Source: Verrucomicrobiota bacterium
GTDB lineage: Bacteria > Verrucomicrobiota > Verrucomicrobiia > Limisphaerales > JADLHS01
Reading direction: 5' to 3'
Length of the DNA: 60,102 nt
Assembly (NCBI GenBank): GCA_008933055.1
Contig: WBXK01000001.1
Span: 1 to 60,102 of the forward strand
Shown: positions 28,876-38,599 of the stretch, one piece after another
How the letters are laid out: the number at the start of each line of letters is the position of its first letter
Numbering within the stretch: the first letter of the stretch is position 1
Notes under the pieces: generated by a model
The model's database searches: none
What the model was told of the DNA's origin: nothing
Seen by the model: only the letters and a program-made list of their open reading frames with translations
Translations under genes and position numbers: made by a program

Positions 28876-30063
28876 TCACTTCTTCACAAACAACGCCAGC
28901 GAGGCAGTGTAACCGTGGAGGAAATTCTTCTGACCAACCGGGCCGATCTCGCCGTTGCAGAAAAAACCAGACAGCCCGATGCCGCCGAATTTTCTCTGGA
29001 CGAGTTGCGCGTCGTGACCGGATTCGCCGAAGAGATGTTTGCCGCGTCCGTTGCAACAGCAGAGGCATCCGCCATAAACCGTCGCGCCGCCGAGCTGGAT
29101 GTGCGTACGTCCAAGCAGTTCGTTCATGTCTTCGGTAGCAGCTTCGGCATCGCGCCGCTGGAATTGCATCGTCTGACCGGCTCGCGGCATCGCGCCCACG
29201 GCCAGCACGCCGGTCTGCGGATCGCCACCGAGAAGATTGCGCACCAGGAAATCGCCGCGATGAAAGTCGTCGAGGTATTCGTTGACGACGAGTCCTATGA
29301 ACAGATTGCCGCGCACTTTCTTTTGTTCGTCCGCTGGCATCTCGTTCACAGTCTCGGAGAGAACTTCATAGGCCGGACGATTTGCGATCTTGTGGATGAG
29401 GTTTTGCTCGACGCGCGTGAGCGTCCAAGTGTCGCCGATGGGGGTGCAACCTTGTGAGATGACGCCAGCGAGTTTCACGTCGCCACCGACAGAGATGGCC
29501 ACGCCGCCTTCTTCATAGACATCACCGTTGAGATAAATCTGTGTGACTTGTTCAGCAAAAACTCCGCTGGCTAGTCCGCCATAGACTGGCACTCCGGCAT
29601 AGGATTCATTCCACGTGCGCAACCAAGATTCCGAGTCAAGATGGAACGGATCAATGAACGTGAGCCAGCCGTTGGTTTGACTAGCGGTGATTTCCGAAAA
29701 CCCTTGCCAGTAGGTTTGACGATCGGCTTCTTCCACCTGTGTTTGCGTGAAGTAAATCCCGGCGAGCTTTGCACCAGGCAACGAATACAGCGCGAGCACG
29801 ATGCCGGGGTTTTCCTCTAACTCCTCATTGCCCGCCACGAGCGCGGTGCTGGAACAACCCGCAAGCAACGGGATGCGCGCATGAACGCGGAGAATTTCGA
29901 GGATCTGCTTGGCCTGCGAGAAAAATCGTGGCGTCATGAACAAAAGGCCGAGCGAGACTTGGGGAGCGCTCAGTTGCTTTCGCAAGTCTTTCGCCCATTG
30001 GCTCAGCCGGACTTCATCGAAGTCCTGATTCCAATGCGCTGCGACTGAATGTTCGAAGTTCAC
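28876..30063 (-). CDS. Stand-alone FIST-domain (FIST_N + FIST_C) sensory protein
   Basis: 395 aa with FIST-type blocks (LLFMTPRFFSQ...IPLLAGCSS; C-terminal LSGFFCNGEIGPVGQKNFLHGYTASLALF). GTG start. Confidence 0.8.
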   Translation of the reverse strand: MNFEHSVAAHWNQDFDEVRLSQWAKDLRKQLSAPQVSLGLLFMTPRFFSQAKQILEILRVHARIPLLAGCSSTALVAGNEELEENPGIVLALYSLPGAKLAGIYFTQTQVEEADRQTYWQGFSEITASQTNGWLTFIDPFHLDSESWLRTWNESYAGVPVYGGLASGVFAEQVTQIYLNGDVYEEGGVAISVGGDVKLAGVISQGCTPIGDTWTLTRVEQNLIHKIANRPAYEVLSETVNEMPADEQKKVRGNLFIGLVVNEYLDDFHRGDFLVRNLLGGDPQTGVLAVGAMPRAGQTMQFQRRDAEAATEDMNELLGRTHIQLGGATVYGGCLCCCNGRGKHLFGESGHDAQLVQRKFGGIGLSGFFCNGEIGPVGQKNFLHGYTASLALFVKK

Positions 30064-30234
30064 GCGGCAAAGTTAGCGTTGTTGGTGAGGATTGCCAGTC
30101 CAGTTTGCGAGCGCATCCCTAGTTTTATTCTTTTGCGGACTTCCAATCATTGGCAGAGTGCGTGTGTGGGCATCACACTCCAGCAATTCAACGAAATGAA
30201 CGCGCGCGTCACCGGACTCAAAACGCGTTCTGCG

Positions 30235-30783
30235 ATGAAGAGCGTTGATGCGTTGAGAGCGTCACAAGTCAGCGCGCATAAAATCGTATTGGGAGTGGAT
30301 CCGTCGTTGCGTGGCACAGGTTACGGCGTCATCGAATTGACAAAACCCCACGCTCGCACGCTGGCGCACGGTACGATCTCCTGTCCGAAGCACTGGCCAC
30401 ACTCGCGTTGTCTGGCGCACATCTCACAGACGCTGCGCGATGTGTTGAGGAAGTTTCAACCCACGATCTGTGCGGTGGAGGGATTGTTCTTCGCGCAAAA
30501 CATCAAGACCGCCATCATCATGGGCGAAGCGCGCGGGGCGGCGCTGGCAGTCATCGGCGAAGCAGGGCTAGATATCTACGAAATCGCTCCGCGCAAGGTG
30601 AAGCAGGCCATCGTAGGCTATGGAGCCGCCCAAAAACTGGCGGTTGCGAAGATGGTGCAACGCATGTTGCAACTGGACGAACTGCCCGATGCCGATGCCG
30701 CTGACGCGCTAGCGCTGGCGTTGGTGCAGGCGCAAACATTGGAGCGCAGCCGCTACAATCTGAGCACCGCGAAACAGATTTGA
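30235..30783 (+). CDS. ruvC: Holliday junction resolvase RuvC
   Basis: IVLGVDPSLRGTGYGVIE..., CAVEGLFFAQNIKTAIIMGEARG, and C-terminal DAADALALAL. Start uncertain (Met at 30235 chosen). Confidence 0.9.
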   Translation: MKSVDALRASQVSAHKIVLGVDPSLRGTGYGVIELTKPHARTLAHGTISCPKHWPHSRCLAHISQTLRDVLRKFQPTICAVEGLFFAQNIKTAIIMGEARGAALAVIGEAGLDIYEIAPRKVKQAIVGYGAAQKLAVAKMVQRMLQLDELPDADAADALALALVQAQTLERSRYNLSTAKQI

Positions 30784-30796
30784 ATTTTACATCGTC

Positions 30797-31399
30797 ATGA
30801 TCTCTTTTCTCCAAGGCAAACTGGTTGACGCATTACCCACGTCAGTCACGGTGAACGTCAACGGTGTCGGCTACGATGTGCTGATTCCGTTGTCGTCCTT
30901 AGACAAGCTGCCGCAACCCGGCGGCGAGGTGACAATCCTCACGCACCTCGTCGTGCGCGAGGATGCTCATTTGCTTTACGGCTTCATGACTGTGGCCGAG
31001 CGCGAACTGTTTCGCATGTTGATCAACAACGTCAGCGGCATCGGCCCCAAGACCGCGCTCAATGTCTTGAGCGGCATGAACGCTGTGACTTTCCGTGGTG
31101 CTGTGGCTAGTGGGGATGTGAAATCCCTCTCGCAGATCTCCGGTGTCGGCAAGAAGACTGCCGAACGCATCGTCGTGGAGTTGCGCGACAAGGTCGGCGC
31201 AGCAGGCGCGTGGGAAGCAACGAGCGCGGCGCGGTCGCTCTCGGCATCCGATCAAAAGGTGAACGACGCGGTGCTAGCATTGATGGCGTTAGGCTTCAAG
31301 CAACCCGAGGCGCACGAATCTGTCCGGGCCGCACAGGCGATGCTCGGGGAAAAAGCTAGCGTGGAAGAGCTCGTCCGAGCTGCGCTGAAAAAAGGTTGA
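30797..31399 (+). CDS. ruvA: Holliday junction DNA helicase subunit RuvA
   Basis: MISFLQGKLV...VNGVGYDV, HhH motifs (VSGIGPKTALNVL; ISGVGKKTAERIVVEL), and C-terminal domain III. Confidence 0.92.
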   Translation: MISFLQGKLVDALPTSVTVNVNGVGYDVLIPLSSLDKLPQPGGEVTILTHLVVREDAHLLYGFMTVAERELFRMLINNVSGIGPKTALNVLSGMNAVTFRGAVASGDVKSLSQISGVGKKTAERIVVELRDKVGAAGAWEATSAARSLSASDQKVNDAVLALMALGFKQPEAHESVRAAQAMLGEKASVEELVRAALKKG

Positions 31400-31401
31400 A
31401 G

Positions 31402-32100
31402 ATGCCAGAAGTAAAACCCCAGATGCTCAAGTCAGGTATTGTTGTGCCACATCGCGCCAAATGGCATCAGCGGCTGGCTGCGCGTTTGATCTGGCTCATC
31501 GTGCGTTGCATGGCGGCGACGATCCGTTTCCGGCTAGATGATCGTTCAGGATATTTTTCCGGTGCGCCGAAGGAGGCGATTATCTTTGCCGTCTGGCACA
31601 ATCGTCTCGCACTGAGTTTGACAATGTATGAGCGGTTCGTCCGTTGTTATCAGCCAGAACGCAAGCTCGGTGCACTCGTGAGTGCCAGCAAAGATGGCGG
31701 ACTGTTGGCGCGTGTGCTAGAATTGTTCTGCATTGAACCGGTACGCGGATCATCGTCGAGGCGTGGCGCTCAGGCGTTGCGGGAACTTGTCGCCTGGGGC
31801 AATCTTGGCTACGACCTCGCCATCACACCTGATGGCCCTCGCGGTCCATGCTACGTCGTGCGCGATGGCGTGATCGCCACGGCACAACTCACTGGATTGA
31901 CAATCGTGCCAGCCTCTTATCGGTTAAACTGGAAAATCCAACTGAAGAGCTGGGATCGGTTTCAAATCCCCCTACTGTTCGCGCGCTGCGACATTACCAC
32001 GGGCAAAGTCATGCATGTGCCGCGTGAGGCCACCGACGCCGAACGCGAGTCGTTGCGTCAGCAACTCGAAGCTGAGATGCGAGCGATCACGCAAGATTGA
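31402..32100 (+). CDS. DUF374-family (lysophospholipid acyltransferase-like) protein
   Basis: AVWHNRL, VSASKDGGLLARVLE...VRGSSSRRG, ITPDGPRGP, SWDRFQIPLLF. Confidence 0.75.
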   Translation: MPEVKPQMLKSGIVVPHRAKWHQRLAARLIWLIVRCMAATIRFRLDDRSGYFSGAPKEAIIFAVWHNRLALSLTMYERFVRCYQPERKLGALVSASKDGGLLARVLELFCIEPVRGSSSRRGAQALRELVAWGNLGYDLAITPDGPRGPCYVVRDGVIATAQLTGLTIVPASYRLNWKIQLKSWDRFQIPLLFARCDITTGKVMHVPREATDAERESLRQQLEAEMRAITQD

Positions 32101-32439
32101 TTGCTGGCAGATTGATCGGTTTCTGATCGTTGCTTGTTCAATTTCTTCACAAGGCTGTGCGGGCAAATTCTTCCGAGCCTTCTAGAATTAGTTTCTTGAA
32201 ATAATTCCACTTCCACCGTCCGTCGCTAGAAAAGGCGCGACACCTCGAAACACTTTTGTTTAAAGGGGTTTATCACGTTAAGAAAATCTCCCGCGCGCTC
32301 CGCTAATTCGTCCGCTTCAAAGCATCACGCACTCCTACACGCTGGCATCGGACATGCAAAGGAGCGGTTCGTACGAGTTCAGATGCCTGCTGAGCAATTC
32401 TCAGCGGCGACTCTGGTGAAAATAAAAGTAGTTTGTCCG

Positions 32440-33225
32440 ATGCTTAAAAAACTCTTAACCCAGTGCAATTTTTGGATTGCTTTGATCGTTGCGTTGTTTG
32501 TAGCGCCATTCGCGTCGAACTCCGCGACGCTTTATTCTGCCCCTATCAAGCTGGGGTGGAATCCGCCGAACGATCCAAACGTAAAGGGTTACGTTCTTTA
32601 TTACGGATTGACCAATCAAACTGCCACCAACCGAATCGTTGTGGGAACAAATTTGACCGTCACCGTCACAAACATGCTGGCCAACACCCCATACCGGTTT
32701 TACGCCGTCTCTTACAACGCCGCGAGCGTGGAAAGCCAGCCCTCTAATCTGTTGCTGCTCACGCCTCCCGCGATTTCCTCGATCAAGATCGCGAGTCAAA
32801 CCAATCGCAATATGAAGCTGGACTGCCTCGCGGCGGCGGGGACGGTTTGCGGAATTCAATTTAGCTCCACGATGCTGCCGGGTTCGTGGCGGACGTTGAC
32901 GAATGTGACAGCAAACTCGCTGGGAAACATCGTCATTAGTGACGCCTCTTCGTCACGTGTGCCGAAGCGGTTCTATCGCGTGGCACTTTCCGCGCAGCCG
33001 CTCTTGGGATTGATGCAGATCAAGGCATTGACAAACGGCAACGTGCAAGTCTCCTGCGCGGCGCCGCCGGACTCCCGATGCCGCATAGAATATCGGGCCA
33101 AACCCAACACCGTCACCTGGACAACGCTCGCGGATGTGACCGCTGACGCCGAGGGGAATGTTGTGGCGACGGACACATCGGCGCGACTCGCCAGCACGCG
33201 ATTCTATCGGACAACTTTTCAGTGA
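32440..33225 (+). CDS. Secreted protein: FN3-like domain plus two ~80-aa modules each ending in RFYR
   Basis: Signal anchor MLKKLLTQCNFWIALIVALFVAPFASNSA. FN3-like LGWNPPNDPNVKGYVLYYG...YRFYAVSYN. Two tandem modules end ...VPKRFYRVAL and ...ASTRFYRTTF. Confidence 0.6.
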   Translation: MLKKLLTQCNFWIALIVALFVAPFASNSATLYSAPIKLGWNPPNDPNVKGYVLYYGLTNQTATNRIVVGTNLTVTVTNMLANTPYRFYAVSYNAASVESQPSNLLLLTPPAISSIKIASQTNRNMKLDCLAAAGTVCGIQFSSTMLPGSWRTLTNVTANSLGNIVISDASSSRVPKRFYRVALSAQPLLGLMQIKALTNGNVQVSCAAPPDSRCRIEYRAKPNTVTWTTLADVTADAEGNVVATDTSARLASTRFYRTTFQ

Positions 33226-33260
33226 CGCCAAGGAGATCGTGAGGATGGTTACGCCCGGCG

Positions 33261-33905
33261 TTGCTCCCGCGAGCCACGTCGGGCTACACTTTGCGGGTGG
33301 AACAATCTGTCACAACCCGCGCGCCATCACTCATTCATCAGTTTGAAACCATCCTTGAACGGATGGACATCGCAAAACTCTTTCCCGCAACCCAGCCGCT
33401 GGAGGTGGAACTCGGCTGTGGCGATGCTTCATTTCTCATCGAACATGCGCGATTGACTCCGCAGACCAACTTCCTCGGAGTGGAACGCCTCATGGGCCGC
33501 GTCAACAAAGTGGATCGCAAGGGTCGCCGCCTGAATCTCACCAATGTGCGAGGCGTCCGCATCGAGAGCGCGTATCTACTAGAATTCTTGCTACCAGCGA
33601 ACTGTGCGCGGGCGTTGCACATCTATTTCCCAGACCCTTGGCCGAAGAAAAAGCATCGGCGGTTCCGCCTCATCAACGAACGCTTCACCACTCTCGCATT
33701 TCAGGCATTATCGCCAGGCGGCATGGTCTATCTTCGGACGGATGACGAAGATTACTTTGCGCAGATGCTCGAAGTCTTTGCTGCGGACAAAAGGTTTTGC
33801 CCAGTCGAAACGCCCTCCACGCTCGCGGCCGTGGTCACAGATTTTGAGCGCGACTTCAATGCGAAGGGAATCCCGACACAGCGCGCGGCGTATCAGCGCG
33901 GTTGA
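33261..33905 (+). CDS. trmB: tRNA (guanine46-N7)-methyltransferase TrmB
   Basis: LEVELGCGDASFLIEHA, FLGVER, HIYFPDPWPKKKHRRFRLI. The TTG start at 33261 is uncertain (ATG at 33363 is an alternative). Confidence 0.88.
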   Translation: MLPRATSGYTLRVEQSVTTRAPSLIHQFETILERMDIAKLFPATQPLEVELGCGDASFLIEHARLTPQTNFLGVERLMGRVNKVDRKGRRLNLTNVRGVRIESAYLLEFLLPANCARALHIYFPDPWPKKKHRRFRLINERFTTLAFQALSPGGMVYLRTDDEDYFAQMLEVFAADKRFCPVETPSTLAAVVTDFERDFNAKGIPTQRAAYQRG

Positions 33906-33911
33906 TACTTG

Positions 33912-34073
33912 TTCGTGAAATTTCGGGGCGAAGACCCGAAAGTGCCGATCAAGCTGGTTCAAAAAGCGACCTAGGCGCAGGTGTTCTAGGAGATGGGCAT
34001 TCACCCGCTCGACTGGGTGGACGCCATCGGCATGCTGCCGCAGCAACACGTGATCGTGTTTCAGAAAAAACGT
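33912..34073 (+). pseudogene. C-terminal fragment of a paralogue of the 15423..16187 methyltransferase, with two in-frame TAG stops
   Basis: Translation FVKFRGEDPKVPIKLVQKAT*AQVF*EMGIHPLDWVDAIGMLPQQHVIVFQKKR aligns colinearly with FVEFRAEDLNVAIKRVHKMTEAQVRREMSAHPLDWVKSIGTLPQQHIIVFRKRS. Stops are at 33972-33974 and 33987-33989. No N-terminal part is present. Confidence 0.75.
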
Positions 34074-34153
34074 AAGTTGAGGACTGAACACAGGTTGTTG
34101 AACTACCAACTAAAACGTCGATATCTGTAACGATTGCTGGCATGCAGTTCCCT

Positions 34154-35266
34154 TCACTGAACGGTAGGCAAAACGGAGCGGAATCCTAAATCAACCGACC
34201 TAGTCGTTGGAGGAGAAATGTTGGGGTTGCGGTTGAACACTTGCGCAAATGAGGCATCGACGTTCCAACTTCCTCCCCGACCAACACGAACTGAGCCTAT
34301 TATGGTTGGCCCGTGTGGATCAGTTTGTGGTGCGCTTGAATAATCACCAGACCAGTCCCAACAAAGTTCAAAAACGTTTCCAGCCATGTCATACAAGCCA
34401 TAACCGTTGGATGTGAAGTAGCCGACGGGACTCGTCCAGGGGATACCCCCGTTGACAAAGCTCCGATGATAGCCACGCGTGGCACTTATATCGTATGCAT
34501 AGGTAGTCTGGCTAAAGTAGTTTGCTTGGTTTTGCGTGATTGTATCCCCGAACGGAAAACGGTGACCCGAAGTACCACCTCTTGCTGCTTTCTCCCACTC
34601 AGCCTCAGTCGGTAATCGGTAACCTGCGACCCACTTGACCCAGGAGTTGTCCACATTTAACTGTCCACTTCGATAGATTGCTGTCTGCGCTGCATTTGTA
34701 TAGTAGGCTGGTAACCGCCCTTCCTTTTCACTTCTCGCATTGCACCATTTCACTGCATCGTACCATGTCACGCTGTGTACCGGGTGGTTCGCCGCCTTCC
34801 CCTGCGCTCCATACTCAAAATTGTAAGAATGATTAGTAGCCCACTGATATACCGCATCCCACAGTGCCTTTGTAACTTCATACCTCTCCATATAAAACGC
34901 AGAAACATAAACTGAATGAAGCGGGCCGGGCCCTCCGCCGAATGTGTTCCCCATGATGAACGAACCAGCGGGAATCAGCACCAAGCCGGTAGGCGGGTTT
35001 GGATCAAAAAGCCGATTGGTCGTGACTGCGTTGGTGACGGGCAGTTGAATATAGTCCACCCAATTGGTTTCGCTGACCAACGACGCTGTGGTCTGGACAG
35101 TAAAAGTGGTGTTGGTCGGTATGTTGGTCCAAGTTACATGCCCCTCCGCACTGAACGAGGTGATGGTGGTCGCGATAGGGCCAGCAATACGAAAGAACCG
35201 CGCATCCTCTCCGTTTGATGCAAGCAGTGCCGTGAATGTCAGCAGGATTGCAAAAATTTTCTTCAT
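34154..35266 (-). CDS. Secreted FGE-sulfatase (SUMF1/formylglycine-generating-enzyme-like) domain protein
   Basis: Signal peptide, then LIPAGSFIMGN, NHPVHSVTWYDAVKWCNARSEKEG, GYRLPTEAEWEKAARGG, RVGRGGSW. Confidence 0.85.
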   Translation of the reverse strand: MKKIFAILLTFTALLASNGEDARFFRIAGPIATTITSFSAEGHVTWTNIPTNTTFTVQTTASLVSETNWVDYIQLPVTNAVTTNRLFDPNPPTGLVLIPAGSFIMGNTFGGGPGPLHSVYVSAFYMERYEVTKALWDAVYQWATNHSYNFEYGAQGKAANHPVHSVTWYDAVKWCNARSEKEGRLPAYYTNAAQTAIYRSGQLNVDNSWVKWVAGYRLPTEAEWEKAARGGTSGHRFPFGDTITQNQANYFSQTTYAYDISATRGYHRSFVNGGIPWTSPVGYFTSNGYGLYDMAGNVFELCWDWSGDYSSAPQTDPHGPTIIGSVRVGRGGSWNVDASFAQVFNRNPNISPPTTRSVDLGFRSVLPTVQ

Positions 35267-35358
35267 ACGATCGCCAGAGGTTGCTGGCAGTATGAATCCA
35301 AATCGAGACCAGTCAATAGGAGTCTGAAACCAACATCTTGCAAACTTGCCGGTCTTTC

Positions 35359-37476
35359 CTACACAAACACAATCTCCGTCGTCGCGGCCTTCTCATCCCA
35401 ACCCCGCGTTGGGTCAGCAGTAACGGAGGAGATGTCTTTGATCGAAAGCTGTCGGCCCAAAGTCTTAGGCGACTTCACGTCCACTTGGGATGGATCACAC
35501 GTCTGCTGGCTGATCTTCTGATGTGCCGCAGGTTTGTAGCGGACGTAAAGCGTCTTCGGCGTGTCCGGGGCGAAATAGAGGATGCGCGATTTCTCCGGGA
35601 TGCACGAATACGCCTTGTTCATGATGGTGCCGCCGAACGTGAAACGCTTGAGATAACTCGCATTGCGATCCGTATAGGCACAGGTGAACACCTTCTCGCG
35701 ATCCGGCAATCCGGCGTAAAACAATTCCGGTCCGACAAACAATTTCTCTGGCAGCTCGGTGACTTTGTAAGTGCCGTCTTTGAACACAAGCAAGATTTTA
35801 TCGAACTTCGTGCAGTCCATCTTGAACTCCTCGCCGTTCGCCTTGTAGCCAAGGTAACCACTCTCGCGATCGTAGCTGAACTTGAACGACTTGAACGCCA
35901 CCGCTTTCACGTCCACTTCCTCGTGGCGCGCGGACTTGGTGGTCAGACGCGGATACAGCTTGCCGTATTTCTCCAGCAACGCTTCCAGATGGCCGATGAC
36001 GTACTTCGTGAGATTCTTGAGATGCTTGCGGGTTTCTTCCAACTCCGCCTTCGTTTTCTCCATCTCCTCGCGATGCTTGTTGATGTCAAAGAGCGAAATC
36101 CGGCGGATGCGAACCTGCAACAACCGCTCCACGTCCGCATCAATAATGTCGCGCACGAGTTCCTTCTTGAACGGCTTGAACCCGTCATAGACTGCCGTCA
36201 TCACGGCCTCGTTCGTTTTGCACTGCTCGATCTTTTTGTAGATGCGTTCCTCGATAAAGATGCGTTCCAGGGTGCGATAATGCAGCTCGTCGATCAGGTT
36301 TTTTTCCTTGAGATCGAGCTCGCGCTTGAGGATGCGGACGAGTTGATCGGTGTTCTCGCGCAACACCTCGCTCACGGTAAGTTCCACCGGGCGATTGTCC
36401 TTGATGACAATGATCCGGCTGGAAATGGAAACTTCGCAGTCTGTGAATGCATACAGCGCATCAATCAACTTCTCAGTATCCACGCCCGCATGGCAGCGGA
36501 TTTCAATCTCCACATTCTCGGATGTAAAATCGTTAATAGATTTCACCTTCAACTTGCCCTTTTGCACCGCGTCCTCGATGGAAGCGATGAGCGACTCGGT
36601 CGTGGTTGTGGGCGGAATCTCTTTGATGACGACGGTGGATTCGTCCTTGGTCTTGATCTTGGCCCGGACTTTTACCGTGCCTTTGCCGTCCTGATAATCG
36701 CGAGCGTCCATCAAACCGCCAGTGGCGAAATCTGGCAGACACTTGAACGGCTGTTTGTTGAGGATTGCGATCTGAGCTTCAAGCAGTTCGGGGAAGTTAT
36801 GGGGCAGAATGCGCGCTGCCAGACCGACTGCGATCCCTTCCGCCCCGAGCATGAGCGTGAGCGGCAATTTGCATGGCAGAGTGACAGGCTCTTTGTTGCG
36901 CCCATCGTAGCTCGGAATGAAATCGGTAATGGAATCGTTGAAAACTTCCGTGCGGGCGAGTTCCGTCAGCCGGCACTCGATGTAACGCGAAGCCGCCGCC
37001 GGATCGCCAGTGAAGATATTGCCGAAATTTCCCTGGCCCTCGATGAGGTAACGCTTGTTCGCCAGCACCACGAGCGCGTCGCCTATGGACGCATCGCCGT
37101 GCGGATGATACTGCATTGTGTGACCGACGACATTGGCGACTTTGATGAAGCGCCCGTCATCCTTCTCATGCAGCGCCCAGAGAATGCGCCGCTGCACCGG
37201 CTTCAAACCGTCGGCGAGATTAGGAATCGCGCGGTCGCGGATGACGTAGCTGGCATAATCCAAAAAGCCGCGATCAACCCGCGTGTGCAACCCGACTTCG
37301 AGCTTTTTCGGATCGAACGGCTTGTGGACAATAGCTTCGACCGCCTCGGCGACGACGTGGTCCGCGCCGCTGCCATTGCCATCGTCGTCGGCAGGCTTCT
37401 TTGCGGGCGCGTTTTTCGCGCCTTCGATGGGCAATTGCGGCTGGTCCGAACCTTTTTTCTTCTTCTCAGAACTCAT
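35359..37476 (-). CDS. parC: Type IIA topoisomerase subunit A (topoisomerase IV ParC-type, short C-terminal domain)
   Basis: DGLKPVQRRILWAL, HPHGDASIGDALV, QGNFGN, and catalytic Tyr context AAASRYIECRLT. At 705 aa it is shorter than typical GyrA. Confidence 0.88.
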   Translation of the reverse strand: MSSEKKKKGSDQPQLPIEGAKNAPAKKPADDDGNGSGADHVVAEAVEAIVHKPFDPKKLEVGLHTRVDRGFLDYASYVIRDRAIPNLADGLKPVQRRILWALHEKDDGRFIKVANVVGHTMQYHPHGDASIGDALVVLANKRYLIEGQGNFGNIFTGDPAAASRYIECRLTELARTEVFNDSITDFIPSYDGRNKEPVTLPCKLPLTLMLGAEGIAVGLAARILPHNFPELLEAQIAILNKQPFKCLPDFATGGLMDARDYQDGKGTVKVRAKIKTKDESTVVIKEIPPTTTTESLIASIEDAVQKGKLKVKSINDFTSENVEIEIRCHAGVDTEKLIDALYAFTDCEVSISSRIIVIKDNRPVELTVSEVLRENTDQLVRILKRELDLKEKNLIDELHYRTLERIFIEERIYKKIEQCKTNEAVMTAVYDGFKPFKKELVRDIIDADVERLLQVRIRRISLFDINKHREEMEKTKAELEETRKHLKNLTKYVIGHLEALLEKYGKLYPRLTTKSARHEEVDVKAVAFKSFKFSYDRESGYLGYKANGEEFKMDCTKFDKILLVFKDGTYKVTELPEKLFVGPELFYAGLPDREKVFTCAYTDRNASYLKRFTFGGTIMNKAYSCIPEKSRILYFAPDTPKTLYVRYKPAAHQKISQQTCDPSQVDVKSPKTLGRQLSIKDISSVTADPTRGWDEKAATTEIVFV

Positions 37477-37582
37477 GAGCGGCGCGCATTAAGCAACAGA
37501 AAGCCCGTAATGGCAAGAGTTCAACCTGCGCTATCTCCTTTGACCTTGCTGCAATTTTCTCCTTTGACCATCCTGACGAACG

Positions 37583-38599
37583 ATGTCGGACCGTTCCGTT
37601 TCTACGCTTAACAAACCAGACGCCGCGCTTGAACTGACGCTGCGGCCTTCACTGTTTTCCGATTTCACCGGCCAGCCCAAAGTTAAGGAGCGACTTGAAA
37701 TCTCGATCGAAGCAGCACGCCAAAGGAAAGAATCGCTTGATCACATCTTGCTCTCCGGTCCGCCGGGCTTGGGCAAAACCACCATCGCGAACATTCTCGC
37801 CAAGGCGATGGGCGGCAATCTCAAGTCTACCAGCGGGCCGACCATCGAGAAGGCTGCCGATCTCGCTGGCTTGCTGACAAATCTCGAAGAAGGAGATGTT
37901 CTCTTCATTGATGAAATCCATCGCCTGCAAAAGACAATCGAGGAATATTTGTATCCTGCGATGGAGGATTTCAAACTCGACATCATCATCGATCAAGGGC
38001 CGAACGCGCGCAGTGTCCGACTGAATCTGCCGCGCTTCACGCTCATCGGTGCGACGACACGCAGCGGTTTGCTCAGTGCGCCGTTGCTCACTCGCTTCGG
38101 GATGCGCGAGCGGCTGGATTATTACTGCGCGGAAGATTTGCAGAAGATCGTCGTGCGCTCCGCGAACCTACTCAACGTAGAGATCGAACCCTCCGGCGCG
38201 CATGAAATCGCGCGGCGCAGTCGCGGCACACCACGTATCGCAAACAATCTGCTTCGTCGGGTTCGAGACTATGCGCAAGTTCGTCATGATGGACGCATCA
38301 CCGCCGAAGTTGCAGACAAAGCACTCGCAATGCTGGAGATTGACCAGAACGGTCTCGATGAAATGGATAAGCGCATCCTTGAAGCCGTCATCGTGAAATT
38401 CGGCGGTGGGCCAGTGGGCGTGAATTCCCTCGCCGTGGCGGTGGGTGAAGAACCGGACACGATTGAGGAAGTCTATGAACCTTATCTCATCATGGAAGGG
38501 TATCTGAGCCGCACCTCTCAAGGCCGCATCGCCACGGAGTTAAGCTATAAGAAGCTTGGATTGAAAGCCGCGATCAACAGGCAATCGGGGTTGTTGTAA
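37583..38599 (+). CDS. ruvB: Holliday junction branch-migration ATPase RuvB
   Basis: [19 protein letters not shown], Walker [10 protein letters not shown], Walker [26 protein letters not shown]. Confidence 0.97.
   Translation: MSDRSVSTLNKPDAALELTLRPSLFSDFTGQPKVKERLEISIEAARQRKESLDHILLSGPPGLGKTTIANILAKAMGGNLKSTSGPTIEKAADLAGLLTNLEEGDVLFIDEIHRLQKTIEEYLYPAMEDFKLDIIIDQGPNARSVRLNLPRFTLIGATTRSGLLSAPLLTRFGMRERLDYYCAEDLQKIVVRSANLLNVEIEPSGAHEIARRSRGTPRIANNLLRRVRDYAQVRHDGRITAEVADKALAMLEIDQNGLDEMDKRILEAVIVKFGGGPVGVNSLAVAVGEEPDTIEEVYEPYLIMEGYLSRTSQGRIATELSYKKLGLKAAINRQSGLL

Noticed and set aside
28732-29457. 241-aa plus-strand ORF
   Set aside because: It is antisense to the FIST-domain gene, whose FIST_C block is clear on the minus strand.
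35338-37611. 757-aa plus-strand ORF, the longest in this region
   Set aside because: It lies exactly antisense to the parC-type topoisomerase gene, which has unmistakable motifs. Its own translation is Arg/Leu/Phe-rich with no motif. This is a shadow ORF of a stop-poor antisense frame.
30235-38599. ruvC-ruvA separated from ruvB by ~6 kb (DUF374, FN3 protein, trmB, FGE-sulfatase, parC)
   Set aside because: Split ruv genes are common across bacteria. This is noted as gene order only, not as an anomaly.
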